Assembly: GCF_006345805.1 (NCBI RefSeq)
Contig: NC_042998.1
Span: 33,914,001-33,978,000 of the forward strand
Direction: 5' to 3'
Source of the DNA: Octopus sinensis
Taxonomy: Eukaryota
Length of the DNA stretch: 64,000 nt
Part shown: piece by piece, positions 49,301 through 61,990 of the stretch
Position numbering within the stretch: the first letter of the stretch is position 1
Layout: the number at the start of each line of letters is the position of its first letter
The notes under the pieces: model-generated
The model's input: the letters and a program-made list of their open reading frames with translations, nothing else
Database searches by the model: none
What the model was told of the DNA's origin: nothing
Made by a program: the position numbers and the translations under genes

Positions 49301-51064
49301 ACTTCCAGCTGTATTTACACATCAAACTCACACCATCTTTACAGCACTGTCCATGTCTCCAAGATCCATATTTTACTTTTCTATTTTCATCAGCAATCTC
49401 CTAAAGGCAATATGTATATATATATGTATACACACATGCACATATATATTTATATGTAAAAGTACACTGCCGATTATTAATCTAATAGGCGTTTATCTGA
49501 AGCCCTAGGGTCATAATGCCTGCCAAAGACTTGGCTTCTTTCCTATTCAAAGACTTATTTATAAATGTCTAAATCGTCCAACATTTTGATTTGGCCATTT
49601 TATAACTGAAGTTGATGCTATTCATTGTGTGTGCGCATGCGTGTGTGTGTGTGTGTGGTGAAGGTGCATGGCTTGGTGGTTAGGATATTCTGCTGATGGT
49701 TGTAAGGTCTAGGTGGATGAGCTGGCAAAATTGTTAGCACGCCGGGCGAAATGCTTAGCGGTATTTCGTTTGCTGCTACGTTCTGAGTTCAAATTCCGCC
49801 AAGGTCAACTTTGCCTTTCATCCTTTCGGGGTCGATTAAATAAGTACCAGTTACACACTGGGGTCGATGTAATCGACTTAATCCCTATGTCTATCCTTGT
49901 TTGTCCCCTCTGTGTTTAGCCCCTTGTGGGTAGTAAAGAAATAGGTTGTAAGGTCATAAGCTTGAGTCTCGATAATTCATTTTGTCCTTGAGCAAGACAC
50001 TCTATGTCACACTGTTCCAGTTCACTCACCTGGCTATACTGAGTTGTACCTGTAATTCAATGGGCCAGCTTTGTCACATTCTGTGTCGTGCTGAATCCCT
50101 TGAGAAATAGGTTTAGGGATACGCATGACTGTCGAGCACTCAGCCACTTGTACATTAATTTCCTGAGCAGGCCGTTCCGTTGATTGGATCAACTGGAACC
50201 CTCGTCATCATAACTGACGGAATGCCAGTTTTATGTGTGTGAGTCTGTGTGTTGGCTTGTGTTGAGTAGGAGTCATTTCAGGCGGGAGTCATTTCAGGCA
50301 ACATTTCAGGTGGGAGTCATTTCAGGCAACATTTCTGGCAGGAGTCACTTCAGGTAACTAGTGTTCAAAGTAGAAGGAAAATATGTTTAATTTTTCTTTA
50401 GCCTGCTTAGGTTAATTTCTTTTGATCTATCTCACCTTCTTATATAATTTATCTATGTTGTATCTTTTTCCGTAGGTAGTTTATCATTTTATCTTCAGTC
50501 TCTGTTTCTATTAATGTGTCCTCTTTCATTTGCATTCACCATACTTATATCTCGCGTATTTTTACGTCCTTTTGATTTATATTTTTATTTATATATTTAT
50601 ATGTTATGCTTTTATATATACACATATCCCTCTCTCTCTTTCGGAGAGGCACTGAGCACCTACACACACATATACATACACGGCAGTAACTTCCGCCTAC
50701 CGAATTCAATCACAAAGCTCCGGTCGGCTCGGGACTATAGTAGAAGACACCTACCCAAAGTGCCACGCAGTGGGGCTGAACCCGAAACCATATAACTAGG
50801 AAGCAAGCTCCCTAACCACACAGCCATGCCCACACCTACGAATATATATATATATATATTTGTATTGATTTCTATTAATATGTATTAATGTATGTGTATT
50901 TTTTAAAATGTTTTAAAAACTTTACGTCTGTTTTCCATTTGGGATTTTGCTGATTGACCTAAACTTTATTTCTGAGTTTACCTCTTCAGTTATTGTTTGT
51001 CTTGGACTTATTCCGAGCACTTCTCAGTTACAGCCCATATATCTCGAAAGAAAGATTTAATAGT

Positions 51065-51099
<35 letters not shown>

Positions 51100-51203
51100 T
51101 TAAAAATAGGATAAAATCTTTATAAGAATTTATCAAGTAGTTAGCGTAAAAAACCTCATAAGAGGAAAAAATCCACCAATTTTTTCACTTAAATATATTT
51201 ATT

Positions 51204-51337
51204 TATATTATATAGAGGGCATTACTACACATAAATGCCACACGCTAGGAGGGACTCTATTTATTTATTTTGGTAGTTTTGACTTTAAGAGTCCCTCCTA
51301 ACATGTGGCATTATTGTATAGTAATGCCCTCTATATA

Positions 51338-51343
<6 letters not shown>
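51204..51343. repeat. Imperfect inverted repeat of about 55 bp adjoining (TA)n
   Basis: Arms 51204-51258 and 51288-51343 (TATAGAGGGCATTACTA...TAGTAATGCCCTCTATA). Confidence 0.85.
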
Positions 51344-51373
<30 letters not shown>

Positions 51374-51619
51374 ATTTATTTATTTGTTTGTGTTTGAGGT
51401 GTTTACATCCCCATAATCTAGCAGTTCGGCAAAAGAGATTGATAGAATAAGTACTAGGCTTACAAAGAACATCATGGGGTCAATTTGTTTGACTAAAGGT
51501 GGTGCTCCAGCATGGCCACAGTCAAAGTCAAAATGACGGAAACAAAATGTGAAATAGTTATTAAAATGTCATTATTTCACCTGTGTTATTCTCTCCTTTG
51601 TTTTTTTTTTTTTTTGTAG

Positions 51620-51758
51620 ATATATCAAAACTAAAGTTTGTCAGGTGCTAGAAACCATCTTAGTATCGGTGATTACAGCCGCATTAAGTTTCCTGATCAT
51701 TTATTATAATCAAAACTGTTTACCAATGAAGGAAGCTCCAGCCCAGTATAATATGCAA
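51620..51758 (+). CDS. CLCN7: CLC-7 coding exon 12 (YIKTKVCQVLETILVSVITAALSFLIIYYNQNCLPMKEAPAQYNMQ)
   Basis: Poly-T acceptor TTGTAG, donor CAA|GTAAGT. 139 nt, phase 2/0. Confidence 0.92.
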
Positions 51759-53314
51759 GTAAGTTGATTCTTCTGTTAATTAATGTAGCCTGGCTTTTGT
51801 TCCTGGACCCACGGTATGCTTCCAGTTGTTCATAGACATCTTGCTGTACTAAACTCTCGGTGACTTGGTTGAGACACGTTCAGAAGTGTAAGAGATTGCT
51901 CCACAGCATAACTGAATTCCCTGGAGATCAGAAGCTCCTTCTCTTTGTACTCTTGGAGTACAAGGAGTGGATTTGAGACTTGACAAGGCACCAACAAATC
52001 ATTGTTCATCTATACAGTGTCTCTGCCATCCACAACAACGAACGGCACCTCTCTCCATGGCATCTGTCTTCTGTTATTCTTTTGCTCTGGTACCCCTTCA
52101 GTACTCTCTCATCTGTCACTTTTTCTTCTCTCACCCCTTTCTTCTGTCTCCTTTTTGGCTTTGGTTGTCTTTCCACCCGGCTGTGTTAAGAAAGGAATGA
52201 ACTTTTGAGACAATGTGGGGATAAGACAACCTCTTTGGTGGCTGGAAATGAACACACAACATAATGCTGAGGCTGTTGTCTTGCCTGAATTAAGACAACC
52301 CCTCTGGTGCTGGTGCTGGTATCACAGTAAAAGGTTTAGTGGGAGGAAAGAGTTAATTAACTTGACCTCAGTGCTTCATTAGGACTCTTTTTATTGATTA
52401 TCTTTTACTTGTTTCATTCATTAGACTGTGGCCATGCTGGGGCACCGCCTTGTAGAACTTTTGGTTGAATGAATTGCCACCAGTACTTTTTTTTAAGCCT
52501 GGTACTTATTCTATTAGTGACTTTTGCCAAACTGCTAAGTTACAGAGACATAAACAAACTAACACTGGTTGTCAAATATGGTGGGGTTCAAACACACACA
52601 CACACACGACATGTTTCTTTCAGTTTCTGTCAACCAAATCTACACACAAGGCTTTTTGGTTGGTCCAAGACTAGTAGAAGTCACTTGCCTAAGGTTCCAA
52701 GTAGTGATATGGTAAAGTTAACATTAGCAGCATTGGGATGGAGAATGTAAGATCTGTAAATAATTACCACAAAGAATTTTGTTTGTCATTCTGTTGATCA
52801 ATATTTGGACCACTCCCATTGTAATATTAAGGATAGGCGGCAAGCTTTTACTGTCTTTAATATTTATTTCTTTATTACCCACTGGGGGCTAAACATAGAG
52901 GGGACAAATAAGGACAGACAAAGGGATTGTTGATTTACATCAACCCCAGTGCATAACTAATACTTATTTAATCAACCCCGAAAGGATGAAAGGCGAAGTT
53001 GACCTCGGTGGAATTTGAACTCAGAACGTAAAGACAGACGAAATACTACTTAGCATTTTGCCTGGCATGATAACACTTCTGCCTGCTTGCCACCTTTAGG
53101 ATAACAAATATTTTCTACTCTAGGCACAGAGCCCAAAATTTTGGGGGAAGGGGCCAGTCGATTAGACCGACTCCAGTACACAAATGGTACTTAATTTATC
53201 AACTCCAAAAGGATGCAAGGCAAAGTCGACCTCAGTGGAATTTGAACTCAGAACATAAAGTCAGACAAAATACCGGTGTGCTAATGTTTCTGCCAGCTCA
53301 CCGCCTATCGTTAA

Positions 53315-53670
53315 TCATCATCATCATCATCATTTAACGTCCGTTTTCCGCGCTAGCACGGGTTGGACGGTTCGACCAGGGTCTGGGAAGCCAGGGGCTG
53401 CACTAGGCTCCAGACTGATCTGGCAGAGTTTCTACAGCTGGATGCCCTTCCTAACGCCAACCACTCCGCGAGTGTAGTGGGTGCTTTTTACGTGCCACCT
53501 GCACAGGTGCCAGGGGGGGGGTCCGGCATTGGCCACGATCGGTTGGAGCTTTTACTGTGCCACCGGCACGGAAGCCAGCCAAGGCGGCACTGGCAACGGC
53601 CACGTTCGGATGGTGCTTTTTATGTGCCACCGGCACAGAAGCCAGTCGGGACGGCGCTGGCATCGGATTG
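53315..53670 (-). mobile_element. (GAT)n-tailed SINE-like family with an RTE-type tail, representative copy (very numerous)
   Basis: GGCGTTAGGAAGGGCATCCAGC core, variable internal modules and tail AACGGACGTTAAATGATGATG on the minus strand. Confidence 0.8.
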
Positions 53671-54307
53671 ATTTCAAATTTTTGGCATGAGACCTTCAGT
53701 GTTTGGAGAGGGGTCAGTTGATTGCATTGACCTCAGTGCTCAACTGGTACTTATTTGACTGTGAAATCAATGAAATGCCACCAAATATTTTTCCCAGAAT
53801 CCTGCCAGCTCGCCGCCTTCACCACCCTTAATCTTGGTTCCAAGGGAGTAAGTCGATTAGATCAACCCCAGGATTAGACTGGTACTTATTTCATTGACCC
53901 CGAAAGGATGAAAGACAGTTGACCTTGGTAGCATTTGAACCTAGAATGTAAATTCGGATGAAATGCTGCTGAGCATTTTCCCCAGCATAGGCAAAAGAAG
54001 CTTGCTGCCTTCACTATCTTTAACTGATCCCAAAGTGGCGAGCTAGCAGAATCTTTACCACTCTGGAAAAAAAAATTAAAATAACCAAATGCTTAGTGGC
54101 ATTTCCTTTGACTGCATGTTCTGAGTTTAAATGATACTAAGGTCGACTTTGCCTTTCATCCTTTCGGGGGCCAATAAATTAAGAACCAGTTAAAACTGGG
54201 GTCAGTATAATCGACTTTATCCTTCCCTTGAAATTGCTGGCCTTGTGCTGGAATTTGAAACCAATATTAAAATGGATCCCGGTTGAAATTTTCAACCATG
54301 GCTTTTC

Positions 54308-54450
54308 TAAATTATTTACATTTGACATATATTTGTCCTCATCTTTGTTGTTAACACAACATTTCGGCTGATATACACTCCAGCCTTCATCAGGTGTCTT
54401 GGCGAAATTTCGAACTTGGTTTCTTATTCCGAAGGTATTTTTTGTTGTTG

Positions 54451-54485
<35 letters not shown>

Positions 54486-54529
54486 CTCATATAATGTACA
54501 TAATTCCTCATCTCTTAAATATAGAACTG
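54308..54529 (-). mobile_element. Head-truncated hammerhead SINE-like element with short inverted end
   Basis: Reverse core CCTTCATCAGGTGTC near 54384, then the terminal ATAATTCCTCATCTCTTAAATATAGAAC in + orientation. Confidence 0.75.
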
Positions 54530-55178
54530 CATGGCTTTTCTGTTGTTCAATCAACTGAACTTTTTATTCTTTGAATTACCATTTAAGTGGCTGAGAATTC
54601 CACAGAAAATTTTTGCCTTTAACTTCATTCTCAATCAGGCAGTATGTGACGATGCTCAACTATTGAATTACTACCACAATTCATCTGATGGGCTTCCATA
54701 CAGTTTCTGTTCACCCGGCTTGATGCAATTGGAAAAGACCCTCAAAAGTAGTGGGTGATGGGAAGAGCATCCAGCTAAAGAATTTATGCTAAAACTGTAA
54801 TAAACAAGCATAACGAAATCTCTGACTTGTTTAAGAGGCAGAGGTGGGGACGGTGGTGGTGAGTAATTTCAGGGTGTTAATGTATTATCCTGACCCTTCA
54901 GTCTTACACCAGTATTGGAAAAGGAGTAGAAAATATGAGGTTTGTCTGGTCTTGCTATAGAACTCTTTGTCATTTCTGTTAACATTTCACAGCACGATGA
55001 AGTCAGATAAATTACTCTGGTTGTTGATTACTCTCAGCCAGTGTGGCTTTGGTAAACCTACACTCACACACACATGTGTGTGAGTGAGAAAAATTTATAT
55101 ATATATATTAATTTGTTGTGTATGTATATGCATGTGTATGTATATATATATATATGTATGTGTTTTTTTTTCTTGTAG

Positions 55179-55272
55179 TTTTATTGTGCAGATGGCGAAT
55201 ACAGTTCCACAGCTACCATTATACTTCAGACACCAGAGGAAATGGTCAAGAGTTTGTTTCATGAAGAGACTA
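55179..55272 (+). CDS. CLCN7: CLC-7 coding exon 13 (FYCADGEYSSTATIILQTPEEMVKSLFHEET)
   Basis: CADGEY and TPE...SLFH motifs. 94 nt, phase 0/1. Confidence 0.95.
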
Positions 55273-56806
55273 GTAAGTACTTAACAGGATTGTTAAAGTG
55301 TGACTGAGGACAACATTCTCTTGTGTGTTTCAAGTGTCCGGTCCTATAGGCTTTTGTATTTACCATCTTTATGAATGTGTTTTTCAAGTGTTCATCTCTG
55401 TCAGCCTCGTATTAGTGGATTTGCTGTTCAACTCCCAGTTTATCTCTAATTGCACATGTCACACTAATCAGTAAAATCCCATTTTTTTAAAGGTGTCTGT
55501 GTGTATGTGTATGTGTGTATATATATATATGAATAAATGTACTTATAATGTAAGTATGTATATATATATATATGAATAAATGTACGTATAATGTATGTGT
55601 ATATATATATATACGAATAAATGTACGTATAATGTGTATAGATATATCTGAATAAATGTATGTATAATGTATTTATGTATATATATATGTATATATATAT
55701 ATATATATATGTTGTTGTATTTAGGAACGGTCATTTTACCAGTTTAGCCAATAAATACATAAACGTATATATATATATATATATATAAATGTATGTATAA
55801 TGTATTTATGTATATATATATATATGAATAAATGTATGTATAATGTATTTATGCATATGTATATACGTGTGTGTGTGTGAGTGAATGTATGTGTGTGCAT
55901 GTACATTTGTTCCAGCTCTTTATGTGCTCTATTCAAATTGTGCTCTGGTCGACTTTGTCTTTCATTCTTCCAGGGTCAACAAAATGAAGTGCTTAGGTAG
56001 ATTTAATGGACCGGTCCCACCCTGCCAATTTTTGGGAAATTATTATTCCAACCTTGTGGTCCTCAGTTCCATCTCCCTTAGTGGTACATTGCCTAAGTGT
56101 CTTCTACTATAGCCTTGGACTGACCAAAATCTTGTGGGTGAATTTGGTAGACGGAATCTGAAAGAAGCCTATAATCTGTGTGTGTGTATTATCCAAAATG
56201 TATAGTATTAAATATCTATCACAGCTGGTTTTACCAATCAGTTTTGCATAAAGAATACAATGGAGTGTTAGATAACAAACTAATTATATAACTTCACACT
56301 CATCAGAGTTAGCCACTGTATTCTTTACGCAAAACCAATTGGTAAGACCAGCCGTGATGGATATTCAATACTATATATTTTGAATGATATAAACCACTCT
56401 ACTGACAGATATACGAGTGCATCTTTTCTCTGACTTATGGTCTCTTAGATGACTCATTTATATATATATAAACAAATTATGAGTCATAGGTTATGCAACC
56501 ATCTAAGGGATAAATGTATCCGTAGGGGCTACTGGGGTATTACCTCCCTATGTATAGGCCTTGGAATGAGGTTAACAGTAGTTGGAAACTTAAATGGTAA
56601 ACTGTAGTTTAATATATTCTGATAAGAGAAGAAATGGAGCAACAATTAACAATCAGAAGTTGATCATTGGTATTAAATGGTCATAGTTTAATTGTAGTTA
56701 AAACATTTTCAGCTGTTTCAGTTTGTTATTTTTAAGGTAAATTTGCATTTATCTCGTCCCATGTAACAAGCAAACATAGTCAGAATGATTTCTTCTCTTA
56801 TCTGAA

Positions 56807-56866
<60 letters not shown>

Positions 56867-57882
56867 GGCACAGGAGTGGCTGTGTGGTTAGTAGCTTGCT
56901 TACCAACCACATGGTTCCAGGTTCAGTCCCACTGTGTGGAACCTTGGGCAAGTGTCTTCTACTATAGCCTCAGCCCAACCAAAGCCTTGTGAGTGGATTT
57001 AGGAGACGGAAACTGGAAGAAGCTCATCGTGTGTGTATATATATATATATATATAGTGTGTGTGTGTGTGTATATATGTTTGTGTGTCTGTGTTTGTCCC
57101 TCCAATATTGCTTGACAACCGATGCTGGTGTGTTTATGTCCCCATAACTTCACGCTTTGGCAAAAGAGACCAAGTACTAGACTTACAAAGATTTGCTCAA
57201 CTAAAGGTAGTGCTCCAGCATGGCCACAGTCAAATGACTGTGTATTCCCCACCACTGCTTCACATTCAGTGTTGGTTTGTTTATGTCCCCATAATTTTGC
57301 ATTTCAATAAAAGGACAGTTAACAGCATAAGTACCAGGGCTTAAAAGACAAAATAGGTATTTGGGTTGATTTCTTTGACTAAGCCTGCCAAGACAGTGCC
57401 CCTCTGTATGGCTGCAGTCCAATGATTGAAGCAAGTCAAAAGATAAAAGATAATAAAGTTTAAAAGATCTTTTTTCCACGTTCTGTTTCTCTTTTGAGTT
57501 AAGTTGGAACCAATTGCTGACATAAGTTTAGTTTATTGATCTCGGTATGTAACAAGTATTTAGTTTATTGATTCTGGAAGGATAAAAGATGAAGCTGATT
57601 GATTCTGCCGACCCACCAGCCTATGGAAGGTGACAGTATTTGGAGACAATAGTCTTGTTTAACCCTACAGCATATTAAACCAGCCACATCCAGCCTAAAT
57701 ATTCTACCCGTTTTATGTTCAAACTGGCCAGATCCAGTCTCTCACACCTACCCTACAATATCATTCTAAAAATAAACATCATTGAAATCTTGAAGTTACA
57801 ATATAATGCATGATTATATTTGAGAGAGGAATCTGATTGCTGAAGGGTTAACTGAAACCATGTTCTTTGTTTTTCATTGCAG

Positions 57883-58052
57883 CATCTTTCAAAAGGGAAA
57901 CTTTACTATTTATATGTCTATGTTACTTCATAATGTCATTGTGGACGTATGGTCTTCTTATCCCGAGTGGTCTGTTCATTCCCTGTTTCCTAATTGGTGG
58001 AGCTTGGGGAAGGCTTGTTGGCCTTTTCATGCGATATATTTTCCCAGATATG
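57883..58052 (+). CDS. CLCN7: CLC-7 coding exon 14 (TSFKRETLLFICLCYFIMSLWTYGLLIPSGLFIPCFLIGGAWGRLVGLFMRYIFPDM)
   Basis: WTYGL, GLFIP (GxFxP) and GAWGRL motifs. 170 nt, phase 1/0. Confidence 0.96.
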
Positions 58053-59526
58053 GTACGTAGTGCAATGCAGAATTTCTTAATATTGTATCTTTATTTACAT
58101 TAAATTAAATTAAATTATTTTCTTTTGTTTTGTTTGATATTGAAAAAAAAAAAAGTTTTGTTTTAGCTAATAAGAGAGAAAATATTCATTTCACTCAGAA
58201 ATATTTATTTCAGATTTTGGCACAAAGCCAACAATTTTGGGAGAGGGGATAAGTTAATTACATTGACCCCCCACCCCTTCAGTGTTCAACTGGTATTCAT
58301 TTTTATCAACCCTTAACCCTTTCGTTACCAACCCGGCTGAAACCAGCTCTTGCTCTGCAGTACAAATGTCTTGTTTTCGTAAGTGCTGAATTAAAATCTT
58401 CCACCAAACCTTAGTCTCAATTTATGTTCCTAACACTAGCTAAATGATAGCTAAGTTATTTTACTAAATTCTTTGTTATATTTAGAATTAATTGAAAGAA
58501 ACAGAGTATCTCAAAATAAATATGGTAACGAAAGGGTTAGAGGATGAAAAGCAAAATTGATCTTGGTGGAATTTGAACTCAGCATATGAAGACTGATGAA
58601 GTGCTGCCAAGCATTTTGCCCAGCATGCAAATGGTTCTGTCAGCTTGCTGCCTTATTTCAATTGGAAATATTAACACACACAATGTAAAACCTAATGAAT
58701 CTTGCATGTCTTTGCTAAATGGATATCAAACAGCAATTAATTTAAGACCATCTCAGGTCTGCGTGTGTAGGGTGGTGAAGGCCTAATGATAACTGAAGCA
58801 GGCTTGGGCAAAGAATGATTGAGAATGGAATGGCTAAATTGCATTTTACAATTTTTACTTGGACGCTTGACTGGCGTCCGTACTGGTGACACATAACAGC
58901 ACCAACTGATCGTGGCCGTTTGCCAGCCTCCTCTGGCCCGGTGGCACGTAAAAAGCACCCACTACACTCATGAAGTAGTTGGTGTTAGGTAGGGCATCCA
59001 GCTGTAGAAACTCTGTCAGCTCAGACTGGAGTCTGGTGTAGCCTCCTGGCTTCCCAGACCTAGGTCGAACCGTCCAACCCATGCCAACAGGGAAAACGGA
59101 TGTTAAACGATGATGATGATGAATTGTGCTTAATAAAGTGTCTGCCAAATAAACAGCTTTTCAGGAAATCTGTATCGCTTGTGCTAATTAAGGGAAAATG
59201 CATTTATCACTGCAAATGATGATGGTGATGCTACTATGAATCTTGGCAATTAATGAAATATGGTAATCCCTCGGCTATCACAAGTGTTATGTTCCAAAAC
59301 CTCGTACGATTGGTGAAAATCTGCAAAGTAGAAACAGTACTGTACTGTATATTTATTTTAATTATTTTTATAATTTCTATATATTTATTTTATTATAAAT
59401 GCAAAACAACAGCACGAAGGAATTGATGTAGGCTTAAATAATGAGCCGCAATAGGTGAACTGTAATATGGCGAGGAATTAATGTATATTGTATCTATGAA
59501 AATAATTCAATATATAAGATTACATA

Positions 59527-60049
59527 CAGTTCTATATTTAAGAGATGAGGAATTATGTACATTATTTACATTTGATGGATATTTGTCCTCGTCTTGTTTG
59601 TTGTTAACAGTGTTTCAGCTGATATACCCCAGCCTTCATCAGGTGTCTTGGGGAAATTTCGAACCTGGGTTCTCATTCCTAAGGTATTTTTCGATGTTGT
59701 TGTTGTTGTTGTTATTATTCAGGTTACTGCCTGGAATCAAACTCGGAATCTTGAGGTTAGTAGTAGTCCGCGCCCTTAACCACTATGCTATATGCCTGTG
59801 GGCAATAATGGGCATATGGTATACTGGTTAAGAGTGCAGGCTACTAACCCCAAGATTCTGAGTTTGATTCCAGGCAGTGATCTGAATAATAACAGCAACA
59901 ACATTGAAAAATACCTTAGGAATGAGAACCCAAGTTCAAAATTTCCCCAAGACACCTGATAAAGGCTGGAGGGTGTATCAGCTAAAACGTTGTGTTAACA
60001 ACAAACAAGATGAGGACAAATATCTGTCAAATGTAAATAATGTAAATAA
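59527..60049. mobile_element. Head-to-head inverted pair of the hammerhead SINE-like element
   Basis: Reverse copy 59527-59800 and forward copy 59810-60049. Confidence 0.88.
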
Positions 60050-61938
60050 AATCACTAAATACTTTAATTTCTAAAGAGTTCAAAATCTTATTTTTCTTTC
60101 TGGCTTCACTCAATTATTTATGGATTTTGTGATGCATTCACTGTTTTGATGATATTTAAACAGAGACTTTTAAGACTAACAAGAAATGGCACCTAGTTAT
60201 TAGTTAGGTATGCTGAAAACATAAAAACATTTTAAAATAAATGTTATCATCATCAGCAATGATGTCCACTTACCATTCTGGCCTGGGTTGGAGGCTTTCA
60301 CATGGAGCCTGCAAGGCCAGGAGCCACACAAGGTTCTACTATCTGTTTTGGGATTGTTTCTACAGCTGGATGCCCTTCCTAATGCCAACCACTTTACAGA
60401 GTGTATTGGGTGCTTTTTATGTGACACCAGCATCAACAGGGTCACCAAATATCTTCAAAGACAAAAACCTTTCAAATGTGAGGGGTGAGTAGTATTGACG
60501 GGGTGGTGCTTTATGCTATTTGAGCAGTTTAAGATATAGAGGGGACAGATAGATGTCTTGCTGTAGGGTAGATACATGGATACTCTAGTTAGAAAATGTA
60601 AAAAATGGGAAAATAACTGATTCTGAATTACTACTGATGTTATTTTTATGTCTGATTTGTATGTGAAATATTTCAAATTAACTGTAGCTGCAGGAGTGGC
60701 TGTGTGGTAAGTAGCTTGCTTACCAACCACATAGTTCCAGGTTCAGTCCCACTGCGTAGCACCTTGGGCAAGTGTCTTCTACTATAGCCTCGGGTCAACC
60801 AAAGCCTTCTGAGTAGATTTGGTAGGTGGAAACTGAAAGAAGCCCATATCGTGTGTGTGTATATATATATATATATATATGAGTGGTTGGCGTTAGGAAG
60901 GGCATCCAGCTGTAGAAACATTGCCAGATAAGACCGGAGCCTGGTGCAGCCTTCTGGCTTCCCAGATCCTCGGTCGAACCGTCCAACCCATGCTAGCATG
61001 GAGAACGGACGTTAAACGATGATGATGATGATGATATATATATAATGAATATTTTAGGTTCATTGAAATATGTTTATCACATATTTCAACTGCTAAAAGG
61101 CAAATACACTGCAGTTACTGTGGAGAAAGAATCTCTCTTATGGTAATACAATTTCATTAACTTCATTCAGAGTTGCCTCTCTTAGGTACATTTAAAAAAA
61201 ACTCGATGTCTGAGATTTCTAATAGATGGCGACACTGAACAAACTGGGTGTTTTCACACCTTTTTACTATAAGAGCCAGTCAGCGGGTGGGTACTGGCAT
61301 CGGCTACATTCGGATGGTGCTTTTTACGTGTCACCAGTCAGGGCCAGGAGGCTGGCGTTGATCACGTTTGGATAGTGCTTTTTACATGCCACCAACACAG
61401 GGGCCATTTAGCGGGTACTAGCATTGGCCACATTCAGATGGTGCTTTTTATGTGCCACTGGCATGGGAGCCACTCGGGGCACTGGCCACAGCTACGATAT
61501 TGGTTTTACTTGACTCAACAGGTCTTCTCAAGCATATATCGACAACGCATCAGGGGTATTCTTAACAGGGCCAGACATGCCTGGCTGTGATCTCACTTTA
61601 GTTGTCGGTTCTTCTCAATCACAGCATATTTCATTGACTTGATATCAATAATGAGATATAACCCCTGACCCCATGATCTTTAGACCAACCAGACAGATCC
61701 CTGTCAGCTTAGCTAGTTGTTGCTCCACAGACTTCATATTATCAATTTAACACTAGGAAGGGCATCCAGCTGTAGAAACTCTGCCAGATCAAGATTGAAG
61801 CCTGGTGCAGCCATCTGGTTCACCAGCCCTCAGTCAAAATCGTCCAACCCATGCGAGCATGGAAAGCGGATGTTAAGCGATGATGATGATGGGTTTGCTC
61901 GAAAACTTCTATTATTGACTTTTCTCTTTAAATTTCAG

Positions 61939-61990
61939 AAACTTGCAGATCCAGGAAAATATGCCTTGATTGGTGCTGCAGCTATGCTTG
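61939..61990 (+). CDS. CLCN7: CLC-7 coding exon 15 (KLADPGKYALIGAAAMLG); gene continues past the window
   Basis: ADPGKYAL.GAAA.LG motif. Acceptor TTTCAG, donor G|GTAAGA. No following GGIVRMT exon was seen before 64000. Confidence 0.95.
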
